Both the position numbers and the translations under genes were made by a program. From Candidatus Babeliales bacterium (GTDB taxonomy: Bacteria > Babelota > Babeliae > Babelales > Vermiphilaceae): 64,000 nt of DNA. The notes below the pieces were generated by a model, which was not told where the DNA came from, ran no database searches, and saw nothing but the letters and a program-made list of their open reading frames with translations. The stretch's first letter is position 1; each line of letters opens with the position of its first letter. The stretch spans positions 1 through 64,000 of the forward strand of contig CAVUQO010000002.1 of NCBI GenBank assembly GCA_963743635.1. The letters run 5' to 3'. Shown in pieces: positions 40,862 to 50,810 of this stretch.

Positions 40862-41884
40862 TTACTCAAATACATCAAGCTCGAGCGTCGAGAATTTCCC
40901 TTGCTGAGCCTTATAATTGCCGACCAGGGCGATCATGGCGGCATTATCGGTGCAATATTGCGGTGCCGGAGAAAAGAAAGCCTTGCCTCGTTTTTCAGCA
41001 AGAGTGCGCAGGCGTTCTTTGATGTATTTATTGCAGGCAACGCCACCAACGAAGGTAAATGCTTTAATCTCAGGATACTGCGCGAGTGCGCGCGTTAATT
41101 TTTGTTCGAAAATATCGGCAATACAAACGAGTAATGAACTAGAGACTTCTTTTTTGAGTTGTTCATTATGTGGTTGCGTGAATTTCTTTTCTTCCATTGA
41201 ATAGGCATTGCGTTTGACTAAATCGTACAGTACTGCCGTTTTCAGACCAGAAAAACTGAAATCAAGACCGATATCTTTATTGCGCGGATAATTGAAGAAA
41301 TCTTTAAAATCCATTTCACGCGCCAATTTTTCAATCACTGGGCCGCCGGGATAGGGCAGCTTAATTAATTTAGCCACCTTATCAAATGCTTCGCCAGCAG
41401 CATCATCGAGCGTTTGGCCAATCACTTCATAATCCCCAAAACCACGCACCAAATATAATGCGGTGTGTCCGCCTGATGCCGTTAAACAAATATGAGGAAA
41501 GGGAATATCATTTTCAAGAAATGCAGAAAATGCATGACCTTCAAGATGATTGATGCCAATCAGTTTCTTGCCTTGCGCATATGCAATGCCTTTAGCAAAA
41601 CATAATCCGACCAAAAGTGAGCCCGCGAGGCCAGGATTGCTCGTGACGGCGATAACATCGATATCCGCGAGCGTTACCTGCGCAGCTTCGAGTGCTTCCT
41701 GCACGATGAGATTAATTTTTTCCAGATGTGATCGGGATGCCACTTCGGGGACTACGCCGCCATAGACTCGATGGAGATCGATTTGAGAAAACAATTTATT
41801 AGAAAGGATGCCGCGCTCTGAATGGTATACGGCCGCTGCGGTTTCGTCGCATGAGGTTTCGATGCCAAGAGTGAGGTAGGCCAT
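40862..41884 (-). CDS. tsaD: tRNA threonylcarbamoyltransferase
   Basis: GIETSCDET, GGVVPEVASRSH, NHLEGH, SGGHT, DDAAGEAFDK, CTDNAAMI. Confidence 0.98.
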   Translation of the reverse strand: MAYLTLGIETSCDETAAAVYHSERGILSNKLFSQIDLHRVYGGVVPEVASRSHLEKINLIVQEALEAAQVTLADIDVIAVTSNPGLAGSLLVGLCFAKGIAYAQGKKLIGINHLEGHAFSAFLENDIPFPHICLTASGGHTALYLVRGFGDYEVIGQTLDDAAGEAFDKVAKLIKLPYPGGPVIEKLAREMDFKDFFNYPRNKDIGLDFSFSGLKTAVLYDLVKRNAYSMEEKKFTQPHNEQLKKEVSSSLLVCIADIFEQKLTRALAQYPEIKAFTFVGGVACNKYIKERLRTLAEKRGKAFFSPAPQYCTDNAAMIALVGNYKAQQGKFSTLELDVFE

Positions 41885-41897
41885 GATTATTTCCGAG

Positions 41898-42620
41898 TTA
41901 CGTTGTGGTAATAGTTAAACGGCTTGCATCAGGATGCCGTGTAACAACACATTCGCAGCTTGCATGAATTGTGCGGCAATCAAGAGCAGAAAGAATATAA
42001 CGCGTTGAAATATCTTGGAGATTTTGTTCTGACCCGACAAGCTGCAAAATGTTAGGAGATATGACCATTTTTGGAAGTTCTACACTTGAACCGCCTTCCA
42101 AGTGATCAATAAATTTTGGATCATAGATCACAACCAGCGTGTTGTCCGGAATTTTTCCGGTTACCTCATCGACCGTTTCTTCATGAATGATCCAGAAGTA
42201 GGGAGATTTTTCTTCGCTATTGAACTTAATGCCACCAACTGTTTTTGATTCCATCAGCGGAGTGTTATTTTTATGCATTAATTCTAAAGACCAGAGCTTA
42301 TAGCTATCGGTCGGTTTGATTTTAAGATACTTAATCGTATTGTCTTCAGATTCAAATGAATTTTTTTCTACCACCAGGAGATACAATTTGCGCATGCTGC
42401 GTTCGGTAGAAATAGTGAAAAGCACGCGATGCAAATCATTATCTTCTTCACCGCTTATTTTGTATCCGCCAAAAAAACCTTGGATATTGGGTACTTGCTG
42501 AATATCGTTAGGAAATTGAATGCTTGCTACATAGATGGTGCTACTTCGTGGGCGTTCGGCTAAAGCGGGGCTCGCCAGAGTGATCATAAGGAGGGCGGCG
42601 TGAAGTGTTTTTTTGAACAT
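41898..42620 (-). CDS. Exported hypothetical protein
   Basis: Signal ALA|E; 240-aa ORF. Confidence 0.75.
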   Translation of the reverse strand: MFKKTLHAALLMITLASPALAERPRSSTIYVASIQFPNDIQQVPNIQGFFGGYKISGEEDNDLHRVLFTISTERSMRKLYLLVVEKNSFESEDNTIKYLKIKPTDSYKLWSLELMHKNNTPLMESKTVGGIKFNSEEKSPYFWIIHEETVDEVTGKIPDNTLVVIYDPKFIDHLEGGSSVELPKMVISPNILQLVGSEQNLQDISTRYILSALDCRTIHASCECVVTRHPDASRLTITTT

Positions 42621-42790
42621 ATTTAACCCTTATATACACTGAAAAACAGTATTTTACATCACACCAATAATAGCGTAGAGTGATATAAATAGCAAAAGTC
42701 AGTAGATAAAAGGGGTTAAGGTTAAAAACCTCAGTTATTCACGTCCGATTTCAATTATTAAGAACCATATCCAACGGTGATACCAAGACG

Positions 42791-43240
42791 ATGATAAATC
42801 GATTTAAGGCGGCATGCCTCCGTATTTTAAAAACCGAGCGTTCTCTTGGCACGCTGACGGCTTCATGCTGTGTTGGTATTTTTATGGCATTTTGCCCTTT
42901 TTTGGGCAAAACCTTGCTCATTCTTGGGGCGTCTCCCTTATTGGGCTTGAATGCGCCGGTTGTCCTTATTACCTGCACGTTCATTTATAATCCTTGGAGT
43001 GCAGTTCCTGTGTATCTTTTTGGGTATTGGTTTGGCCAATGGCTGCTGACTGGCATGGATGTGGCTGCGTGGGATCCGTCCTGGTTGAGTTCATTTACGC
43101 AATCTTTAGGTCTGAGCAACGTCAACTTGCTGCCCTTATTGGTTGGCTGCAATGGGTTAGGCATCTTGTTAGCCTGTGCCTTTTACCCCCTCATTCGCTG
43201 GGGCTTTGGGCGTTATTTCGAACGCGATAGCGCGCTATAG
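42791..43240 (+). CDS. Membrane protein, DUF2062-like
   Basis: ASCCVGIFMAFCPFLG...NPWSAVPVYLFGYWFG...LLVG. Confidence 0.75.
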   Translation: MINRFKAACLRILKTERSLGTLTASCCVGIFMAFCPFLGKTLLILGASPLLGLNAPVVLITCTFIYNPWSAVPVYLFGYWFGQWLLTGMDVAAWDPSWLSSFTQSLGLSNVNLLPLLVGCNGLGILLACAFYPLIRWGFGRYFERDSAL

Positions 43241-43330
43241 TCTGCGCAGCAATCTAGGCGTTCGCGATGTTTTTTGATACACTAGATTAGTGCTATTGAG
43301 TTACTAAGTGCGGTTAATTCCTAATTAAGA

Positions 43331-43792
43331 GTGTGCGATATCGTGAAGATTTTGGCCCAAAATAAAAAAGCTTTTCATGACTACGAAATCCTTGAGAAAC
43401 TCGAGGTAGGAATTGTGTTGCGTGGGGATGAGGTTAAATCTCTTCGTGCCGGCAGCGCATCCCTTATTGGCGCTTTTGCAACCATTCATAACGGCGAACT
43501 CTTTATGATTAATGCCAATGTTCCCGTCTATGAACGCGCATATTCCAAAGATGCTGATCCTACGCGTACCCGTAAATTATTATTGCATAAGCGGCAGTTG
43601 AACCGCTTAATTGGCGACATTTCCCGCAAAGGCATTACGGTCGTACCATTACGCATGTATCTCAATGATAAGGGTAAAATCAAGGTAGAGCTTGGCATCT
43701 GTAAAGCCAAAAAAGCAGCAGGTAAAAAGCAGGAATTGCGCGAACGGGATATCAATCGCCAAACGCAACGGGAGCTCAAAGGGGGCTATTAG
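43331..43792 (+). CDS. smpB: SsrA-binding protein
   Basis: NKKAFHDY, GIVLRGDEVKSLR, RTRKLLLHK. Confidence 0.97.
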   Translation: MCDIVKILAQNKKAFHDYEILEKLEVGIVLRGDEVKSLRAGSASLIGAFATIHNGELFMINANVPVYERAYSKDADPTRTRKLLLHKRQLNRLIGDISRKGITVVPLRMYLNDKGKIKVELGICKAKKAAGKKQELRERDINRQTQRELKGGY

Positions 43793-43899
43793 AGGTGTAA
43801 CCTGCTCTTATTTAGCGCCTTATTGATCGATCTCAACCCGAATGGTTACAAATAATGAGATTTCTGGTACAATAAGGTTACTTATCTTTGAAGTTTTAC

Positions 43900-44261
43900 G
43901 GGGGCGTACTGGTTTCGACGTGTTAAAGAGAGCACGGAGAGCATGCCGAGCGTTGATTGAGTGCTCGTTAAACAATCTATCAAAAACAATAAGTGCAAAC
44001 GATACGTTTGTACCAGCTTTCGCGTAAGCGCTAGCTAGTCTTGTTTAGCACAACGTTTCTATCCGTTAGCTAAACTCGTATTACCCTAGATAGACCTGCC
44101 GTTGCCAGGATTTTTGGTAGCGTAGCGCGGCAGTATTACGAAACTGACCTATTGATAACGTTGGGTTTCCGGAGCAGTCAATTTGTATAAACGGAAAATA
44201 AGCGTGTAGTTGCTTTGTGCCTGCTATAATGCGGACATGGGTTCGATTCCCATCGCCTCCA
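43900..44261 (+). ncRNA. ssrA: tmRNA; tag peptide ANDTFVPAFA* at 43995-44027
   Basis: 5' GGGGGCGtactggtttcgac; 3' T-arm atgggttcgattcccat and acceptor cgcctcca; adjacent to smpB. Confidence 0.95.
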
Positions 44262-44438
44262 TTCATTTTTCAATCCTCGTAAGTTGAGAGCTTTCGTCGC
44301 AGCCGATAAAAATGAATGGCTGCGCCGCTTCTGATCAGAAAAACTTTAATAGTAAAAAAGACAGATCGGTGCCTGTTCTTCGTAGAACGAAGAGCCTAGT
44401 AGAACCACCTCTTCCAAAGAATTTACATGAATAAAATA

Positions 44439-44485
44439 CCTGCAGTAGGCGCGCAAGCCTGATGTAGCTGGAAGCGTAGACAGGT
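44439..44485. repeat. REP-like element (CGTAGC...GCGTAGAC family)
   Basis: cctgcagtagg...gcctgatgtagctggaagcgtagacagg. Confidence 0.45.
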
Positions 44486-44610
44486 AAATAAACCTTCTCT
44501 GGATCCAGCTTTTATCTGTTTGTTACGCGATTTGTCCTATTTCCTTAAAGTTCATTTTCTAGTATTATTGATACATGCATGGTTGTAAGACAAATGAATA
44601 AGGTATATCG

Positions 44611-45732
44611 ATGAATTTTGGCAAAAAGCTCCTGCTTTTTGGATTGCTTTTCTCTTCTATTGCGGCGGATCATGATTGGGTTGTACCCGATATCGAGGTG
44701 CCGACGGTGCCTATGGCGGCTCATGAGTGGGTATTGCCTGAAAATATCGATGTGCCGACTGTCTACTTCCCTGGTATTTCCTCTTCCTTTTTTACCCAAA
44801 TCGCGCGCTATACCGGAAAAGAAGGGTTTGTAACCCTCAATGGTGAGCATGTCTACTGCACAAAAGGCATTCACACAATCAAAAATCCTTGTCTTCTTGA
44901 GGCTGAGCCGGATGATGTAGAGCATCTCAAGCCCCTGAGGCTTTCTTGGTTTGCATTCTGTGATCCTCGAGTGAGTCTCAAGGTTTTGTGGAAGAAGCTC
45001 TATTTTCTGTCAACCGATTTAGATCGACGGAAATATGGCGTTAAGGTTGAAAACATATCGCCAGAAGAAAGTGTTCGCGCCCATTATGCCTCTTTTGCGA
45101 CGGTCAATTTTGCTCAAGATCGAGACATTCAAAATCATAAACGTAAATTTGATGTATGCGCTGAAGCTCATCCAGACGCCCCCAAGATTCTTTATGGGGT
45201 ATCGCGTGGTGCAGCCACTACGTTCCGCGCCTGCGCTCAGCATGCCGATGCATATCAAAATGTGCGGCTTGTAATTCTGGAAGGGTGTTTTGATGATATT
45301 CCGCATACCTTAAAAGCCCGCTTTCCAAACTTCTGTTCATTGCCGGGGATGCATAGCCTTTTGCATAATGTTCTTACCACAATAACCAGCTATAAAAAGA
45401 ATCACGGTTCTCCATTGGGTGACGTGGATCGTTTCCCCAAAGATTTGCCGGTCGTCTTTATCACCTCCGAGGCGGATGCAGTGGTGCCCTCAGAATGCAC
45501 CAAAAAATTGGTCACAGCGCTCGTTAATGCCGGCCACAAGCAAGTCTATCTCTTGACCTTGAAAGCTTCGTCTCATTCGAAATATATGATGGATAATGGG
45601 GAAGATGCTACCGCCTATCAAAATTTCATTCATGCCTTATATAAAAAGTATGATTTGCCCTATATTGCGGCTCATGCTGAGCAGGGCGAGGGGCTCGTCG
45701 AAGCCGCCTTGGTAATCGCGCCCGCAGCATAA
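44611..45732 (+). CDS. Exported alpha/beta hydrolase
   Basis: Signal peptide; nucleophile elbow GVSRG; D (ADAVVP) and H (SSHS). Confidence 0.85.
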   Translation: MNFGKKLLLFGLLFSSIAADHDWVVPDIEVPTVPMAAHEWVLPENIDVPTVYFPGISSSFFTQIARYTGKEGFVTLNGEHVYCTKGIHTIKNPCLLEAEPDDVEHLKPLRLSWFAFCDPRVSLKVLWKKLYFLSTDLDRRKYGVKVENISPEESVRAHYASFATVNFAQDRDIQNHKRKFDVCAEAHPDAPKILYGVSRGAATTFRACAQHADAYQNVRLVILEGCFDDIPHTLKARFPNFCSLPGMHSLLHNVLTTITSYKKNHGSPLGDVDRFPKDLPVVFITSEADAVVPSECTKKLVTALVNAGHKQVYLLTLKASSHSKYMMDNGEDATAYQNFIHALYKKYDLPYIAAHAEQGEGLVEAALVIAPAA

Positions 45733-45857
45733 TCATTTCACTGGGAGTGATTCCACCTCGAATTGTTTACGTCTTCAAAACTATGGACATACGTGTTCCG
45801 CTTGCGGCATAGTCTTGAAAAGTATGAATGTAAAAAATAGTGAAAAGGAAAGAAAGT

Positions 45858-46418
45858 ATGATCAAAAAAATAATAATTATAATCATCATTCTGGTTTGTA
45901 TTGCGGGCGTATTGTGGTTCGTGCGTAAACATACTGGTCTGCGAGGGTTGGCGCCAAAAGCAGTAGCTACTACGAGCACCACATTGAGTAATTTACCTCA
46001 CTTTGCACCCTTAAATGCGGGGCGCATGGGGCGATCTGCTCAGCGCACACCGAGTAAATGTGGTTGGGGTACTTTGACGGTATATGTTAACGGGGCTCCC
46101 ACAGAATTTAAAGATGTTAAAATATGGGTTGGGCATAAGGACGCGCAGGTCAAGACATGGGATTGGGGGCTGACCAACACGCGTCATGTACCAGGGATTC
46201 AGATCGCTGATTTGCAGGAATTCATTGACCAGGTGGACGAAGTGATTCTTACTCGTGGGGTTGAATCAGTTTTGCAGGTTCCTCAAGAAACGATCGACTA
46301 TGTGCAGTCTCAGGGGAAGATATGCCATGTGGGCACAACCCCGGAGATGGTCGAGCTCTATAATCAGCTCGTGGATGCAGGCAAAAAGGTGGGTGGCGTA
46401 TTTCACTCTACCTGTTAA
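45858..46418 (+). CDS. Membrane-anchored Mth938/AAMDC-like protein
   Basis: N-terminal TM; WDW..TNTRHVPGIQ.AD; C-terminal KVGGVFHSTC. Confidence 0.85.
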   Translation: MIKKIIIIIIILVCIAGVLWFVRKHTGLRGLAPKAVATTSTTLSNLPHFAPLNAGRMGRSAQRTPSKCGWGTLTVYVNGAPTEFKDVKIWVGHKDAQVKTWDWGLTNTRHVPGIQIADLQEFIDQVDEVILTRGVESVLQVPQETIDYVQSQGKICHVGTTPEMVELYNQLVDAGKKVGGVFHSTC

Positions 46419-46675
46419 ATCAGGGTAAAATTCAGGTCATAAGGGGCTGAAAAAATAGCTATAGCTCAGAGTAATTACGGGCGAGGAAATACACATTTTC
46501 CTCGCCCATACGTTTTTTAAGGCCACTTTTATAGCTTCATTGTCGCAATAGCACGTCTGAATGCGGGCGTTTGTGGCTACTACTGTTTTAAGGCATACTT
46601 AAAGCTATATATGAATATTTTAATAAAAATAGCTCTAATATGTGTTTGAAGTGTCATAAAATGGAAGGAATTATT

Positions 46676-48142
46676 ATGAAACGTATATTTTTAAAAATTA
46701 TTGCCCTGATAGCCACTTTGGCTGTAGGGAATGCGCAGGCTATGGATATTTCTGGCTGGTATGCTCGGACATCGCAAGCGGTTGTTGATACCTATAATCA
46801 CTATCGATATGGCAGCGAAATATATCAAGATGCTGAAAAAAGACGCGAGGACTCAATGTGGCTTTTAGATCGGTCTTATGCCAAGATTAAAATGCAATAC
46901 TGGAATAATCAGATTACATTAGCTGATCAGGCCATTGCGATTCAGGAGCTCGATCAAAAAAGAATTGATTCATTTAATAAGAACCGTAATGGAATAGGAC
47001 TATCACCTAATGCCGTTATTACTGACGAGCAATATAGGGTCCTTACTAGAAGTAAAGCAGCATCAGAGCAGGAAATTGAGCGTTTAAAAAAAGAAAAAAG
47101 AAATGCAGAGGCGGGAAAGAAATCGTTAAAAGTAGATTTGCTAAAGAAAGATCCTGCGTTCCTTGCATTACATTTAAATGAAAATCAAAAATTATTTTCA
47201 TGGAACAACCTTAGATATACAGTTGCTGCGCAATGGGAATCACTTTTCGGATGGTTTACCACTGATATAGTCGCCTTAGCTACTCAGTATAATCAAGATA
47301 AGCTTAAGTATAACAACCACGCCCTACGCGTTGAACGAAGCTACTACAATGGACTTACTGCGGCTTATGATGAAATGCATCGAGAATTAAGCAAAAAAAT
47401 GATACATTCTCTTGCCATTTGTCATCAAATATCTCAACAATCAAAAGGTACATGTGTAGATGAGATAACACACCTCAACCAATTTTTACACAATGATGTT
47501 AGTAAGTATGCCAATAAATATGCTCAAGAGATTGATCAAGCCAAACAGAGAGTTAATGCGATTACCGCAGAGCGTGAGAAGGATATTGAAATAATAAAAA
47601 CATTAAGAGGCGATGAAGAACCGACTATTTTTGGGGATACTTTTTTGACGACTGGCGATAAAACTGCCATTGCAACTGGTTTGGCGTTGGCCGCGTGTGT
47701 TGTATATCGTCGAAATATAATAAATGCCTTTACAAGATACCTGCCAAAAAGAGGGTTTAAGGGTACTGGAAAGCAAGAATCCGAACCAAAATCGGGTAAA
47801 AAAAACCAGGAAGGATCCAATAATGAAGCGCGCCAAGAGCGTGAACGTGAGCATCAACGTCAGTCAGATGCGTTTCAGGGAGCGCAGAAACAACAGAGCA
47901 GACACAATATGAGTGCTGAGGCTGTGAGTAAACTCGATACTAATGGGTTGTATGAATTATTTGAACTAAACCCTTCCGCAAGTAGCGCGGAGATACGGGC
48001 AAATAAGGAAAGAATTCATACTTTATTTCGTGAATTGTCCAAGCAGTATCATCCAGATGTGAATAACGATGGACACGCGCATGGCGCGATGAAGAAGATC
48101 AATGGTTTTTACCAAGATCTTAAGTCAAGAATGGATAACTAA
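46676..48142 (+). CDS. Secreted coiled-coil protein with a TM segment and C-terminal J-domain
   Basis: AQA|MD; TM TAIATGLALAACVVYRR; LYELFEL...FRELSKQYHPD...MKKINGFYQDL. Confidence 0.85.
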   Translation: MKRIFLKIIALIATLAVGNAQAMDISGWYARTSQAVVDTYNHYRYGSEIYQDAEKRREDSMWLLDRSYAKIKMQYWNNQITLADQAIAIQELDQKRIDSFNKNRNGIGLSPNAVITDEQYRVLTRSKAASEQEIERLKKEKRNAEAGKKSLKVDLLKKDPAFLALHLNENQKLFSWNNLRYTVAAQWESLFGWFTTDIVALATQYNQDKLKYNNHALRVERSYYNGLTAAYDEMHRELSKKMIHSLAICHQISQQSKGTCVDEITHLNQFLHNDVSKYANKYAQEIDQAKQRVNAITAEREKDIEIIKTLRGDEEPTIFGDTFLTTGDKTAIATGLALAACVVYRRNIINAFTRYLPKRGFKGTGKQESEPKSGKKNQEGSNNEARQEREREHQRQSDAFQGAQKQQSRHNMSAEAVSKLDTNGLYELFELNPSASSAEIRANKERIHTLFRELSKQYHPDVNNDGHAHGAMKKINGFYQDLKSRMDN

Positions 48143-48166
48143 GATCTATTCAGCAAAACAAATTTT

Positions 48167-48196
48167 AGGCGAGGGGCAATGCTTCTCGCCTTTTTT
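48167..48196 (+). terminator. Intrinsic terminator
   Basis: aggcgaggggc-aat-gcttctcgcct followed by a T tract. Confidence 0.7.
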
Positions 48197-48279
48197 ATTT
48201 TGTTCGCCAGAGGCCATATGGTTGAGCAGAGAGAGTTAGGCGAATAAAATAATCCGAAGGAGCTGCGAGCGTAGACGGA

Positions 48280-48531
48280 TTATTGCGCTGAGTGATCATC
48301 TACCGGGCATCCGCAATAAAAACAAGTCTGGTTTTCGCAGTTCTTACAATATCGTTCTTTATTTTCTGTCATAATTCGCTTTAAGTCTTTTTGTGAATAG
48401 GTGCAATTGATCGCTTGCCGATTTACATGTTTGTGGTGCGGGTTATTGCAAGTCGCATGAATTTTGTGTGCTACGTACGGGCTCACCACGAACGAGATAG
48501 TAATGATTGTCCATATATAGAGGTTCTTCAT
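48280..48531 (-). CDS. Small Cys/His-rich exported protein
   Basis: Hydrophobic N-terminus; CxxC...CxxCGC..H. Confidence 0.6.
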   Translation of the reverse strand: MKNLYIWTIITISFVVSPYVAHKIHATCNNPHHKHVNRQAINCTYSQKDLKRIMTENKERYCKNCENQTCFYCGCPVDDHSAQ

Positions 48532-48887
48532 TTTGCTTCCTTTGTCATATTTTGCACTTTAAACTTTTCCCTTTTTATTATTGTATTTCATGATACATGT
48601 TTCAATTTGAATAAGTAAAGAGTTTCATATGATGATATGTTTAAATATTTTTAATACAGCGTTTGTTGCAGTATAATTTCTGCGATTGTCATTTCGCTTG
48701 ATGAAAAAATGACGTAAATCTCATCAATTAAATTAGTTTTTAAATGATATTTTTAATGCTGCAAATATACGCAGTATATGTTTTTAATTTATGCCCGATT
48801 GGGAGCCGCTGTTCTATTTCGTCGAGTTCTATTTTGTCGAGTAGAATAAAAAATAAATAAACTATTGCTTTTTGTATAATGCGGGCG

Positions 48888-49026
48888 CTACAGTGGTGGC
48901 GTCTATCTGATCTTTGATTGATCCAAAGCGCGGGAGTAAACCTTGAGGGGTTGGTGGGGTTTTTAGGGACAAATGGAGGTTCCACGCTCCCGCGCGTCTA
49001 TTCACCTGAGATTATGCACCATAGTT
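48888..49026 (+). ncRNA. Candidate structured RNA (6S-like long hairpin)
   Basis: TATAAT just upstream; gcgcgggag/ctcccgcgc inner stem, aacct/aggtt, outer tggtg/cacca; in a long non-coding gap. Confidence 0.3.
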
Positions 49027-49154
49027 AATAGACATAACTGAATAAGAAAGTCCGGCGTAATTTACCGAGCCGGAAGGCCCGGAACAAATGAAGCCTGGGC
49101 GCGTCTATTCACCTGAGATTATGCCCCATAGTTACTAGACATAACTGAATAAGA
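48992..49154 (+). repeat. 56-bp direct repeat (48992-49047 and 49099-49154, 2 mismatches) flanking a palindromic element
   Basis: gcgcgtctattcacctgagattatgc(a/c)ccatagtta(a/c)tagacataactgaataaga twice. Confidence 0.92.
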
Positions 49155-49365
49155 CCCTTCGGCCCATTCGCCTCCTTCGTCAGGCTCAGGATGAGCGCCT
49201 TTAGCGCCTTTAGTTCTGAGCGAGTCGAAGAATCAGGGGCAGGATTAACGGGCCTGTCGGCCTAAAATGGCTTAGATAAGACGTTTTTTCATATAATGGA
49301 AATCATAAGCAGGCCTGCCCGACGTAGTTTGCCGAGCCTGAAGGCCCGGACAAACGTAGACGGGT
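49155..49365. repeat. Further REP-like elements
   Basis: tccttcgtcaggctcaggatgagc (as at 30221-30244); cctgcccgacgtagtttgccgagcctgaaggcccggacaaacgtagacggg (near copy of 49050-49098). Confidence 0.75.
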
Positions 49366-49441
49366 TGACTATTTTGATCAGTGTGATATCGTTTTTTTTA
49401 GTTAGATTCATCATTTTTCTATCATGTAAAGGGCACTCCTC

Positions 49442-50068
49442 ATGAATAAAAATATCAAAGCGTTATCACTCGCTCTTCTACTCAGTAATGCGGTTTTAGT
49501 GACTGTGGTTACTCGTGCAGATGCGCCAAAGCAAGTAGATAGTTTCAAAAAAAGTGATGTTAGTAAGCCAGTTGATGCCATCAAAGTTGGCGTAGTATCA
49601 GCAACAGAAATTATGATGGACACTGAAATAGGCAAAAAAGCTTCAGCAGACATTGATGCAACCCGTCAAAAGTACGCACAAGAAATACAGGCTGATGCGC
49701 AAAAGATCGAGAAGAAAGATAAAGATCTTATCGCTAAAGCGCCAACCATGAGCGAATCTTCAAAGCGCACAGCATCATTGGAAATTGAAAACGACAAAAA
49801 AGCTCTTGAACTCAAGAATCAAAATTTGATGAAAGCGTTACAAGCGGATGCTCAAACTGCAATGGAAGATCTGGGCAAAAACTTTGATAAAGCGGTCACC
49901 AAAATTGCTCAAGAAACAAAAACTGATATGATTTTCGAAAAAGAATCAGGACGTATTGTTTATGCAAATCCTGAGTTGGACTTGACTAAAAACGTTAAAG
50001 TTTCAATGAACGCTGATTTTAAAGCAACGCAAGTCGCTGCAGCTAAGAAAGATAAAGCAACTGCTTAA
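49442..50068 (+). CDS. skp: OmpH/Skp family periplasmic chaperone
   Basis: Signal peptide; IKVGVVS...; long coiled coil; IVYANPELDLT. Confidence 0.8.
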   Translation: MNKNIKALSLALLLSNAVLVTVVTRADAPKQVDSFKKSDVSKPVDAIKVGVVSATEIMMDTEIGKKASADIDATRQKYAQEIQADAQKIEKKDKDLIAKAPTMSESSKRTASLEIENDKKALELKNQNLMKALQADAQTAMEDLGKNFDKAVTKIAQETKTDMIFEKESGRIVYANPELDLTKNVKVSMNADFKATQVAAAKKDKATA

Positions 50069-50101
50069 TTCAGTCCTTTATCCATAAGACAAGACAAGAA
50101 A

Positions 50102-50137
50102 TAAAATAGGGTTGGCTTAATGCCAGCCCTGTTTTAT
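50102..50137 (+). terminator. Intrinsic terminator
   Basis: aaaatagggttggc-ttaat-gccagccctgtttt. Confidence 0.7.
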
Positions 50138-50164
50138 TATGGGTTAAAAATCTAGATCGAGCGT

Positions 50165-50725
50165 ATGGGGAATTTCATGAAACCCGTTCCATTATCACCA
50201 CTAACCATCAAAGCAATCATTGGTCTGGGTAATCCCGGACCCAAATATCACAATCATCGGCACAATATTGGTTTTCGCGTTCTTGATGCGCTTGCCGAAC
50301 GCCATGGCGGTTCGTGGCAGACGAAAGATAATGCGGAAATTGCGCAGGTGATGATCAATAATCAGCGCGTCTTGCTGATAAAGCCACTAACTTTTATGAA
50401 TGATTCAGGAAGAGTCATTCCCCCACTTTTAAAACAGGGAATTAAAGCCGAAAATATTTTGGTAGTTCACGATGAGCTTGAAAAGCCATTTGGCAACATT
50501 GGCATCCGCATTGGCGGGAGTGCTAAGGGCCATAATGGGCTACGTTCAATTATTGGAGCATGCGGCCCCGATTTTGCCCGCTTGCGATTCGGCATCGGCC
50601 GACCAGACCATAAAGAGGATGTGCCGAATTATGTGCTTTCTAATTTTGTTGAACCGCAGGCAAACCAGGTGCAACACATTCAAGCAGCAGTGGATATGAT
50701 TGACCAGCTATTTGAGAATTTATAA
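50165..50725 (+). CDS. pth: Peptidyl-tRNA hydrolase
   Basis: IIGLGNPG, RHNIGF, KPLTFMN.SG, VHDEL, GHNGLRS. Confidence 0.97.
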   Translation: MGNFMKPVPLSPLTIKAIIGLGNPGPKYHNHRHNIGFRVLDALAERHGGSWQTKDNAEIAQVMINNQRVLLIKPLTFMNDSGRVIPPLLKQGIKAENILVVHDELEKPFGNIGIRIGGSAKGHNGLRSIIGACGPDFARLRFGIGRPDHKEDVPNYVLSNFVEPQANQVQHIQAAVDMIDQLFENL

Positions 50726-50740
50726 TTCAATGATTCACAC

Positions 50741-50778
50741 AAAAAGAGCGATGTTTTTTAGGACGCCGCTCTTTTTTT
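50741..50778. terminator. Bidirectional terminator between pth and alaS
   Basis: aaaagagcg...cgctcttttttt. Confidence 0.7.
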
Positions 50779-50810
50779 ACTCTAAATGTCTGTTTTACTT
50801 TACCTGATTG

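Noticed and set aside
43842..44266. ORFs 43842..44027 and 44081..44266 as protein genes
   Set aside because: They overlap tmRNA; only the tag frame is meaningful
44262..48600. Prophage or integrative island at the tmRNA 3' end
   Set aside because: No integrase and no att-like duplication of the tmRNA end seen in the window
48992..49154. Mini CRISPR array
   Set aside because: Only two 56-bp copies, the spacer is itself a dispersed palindromic element, and there are no cas genes
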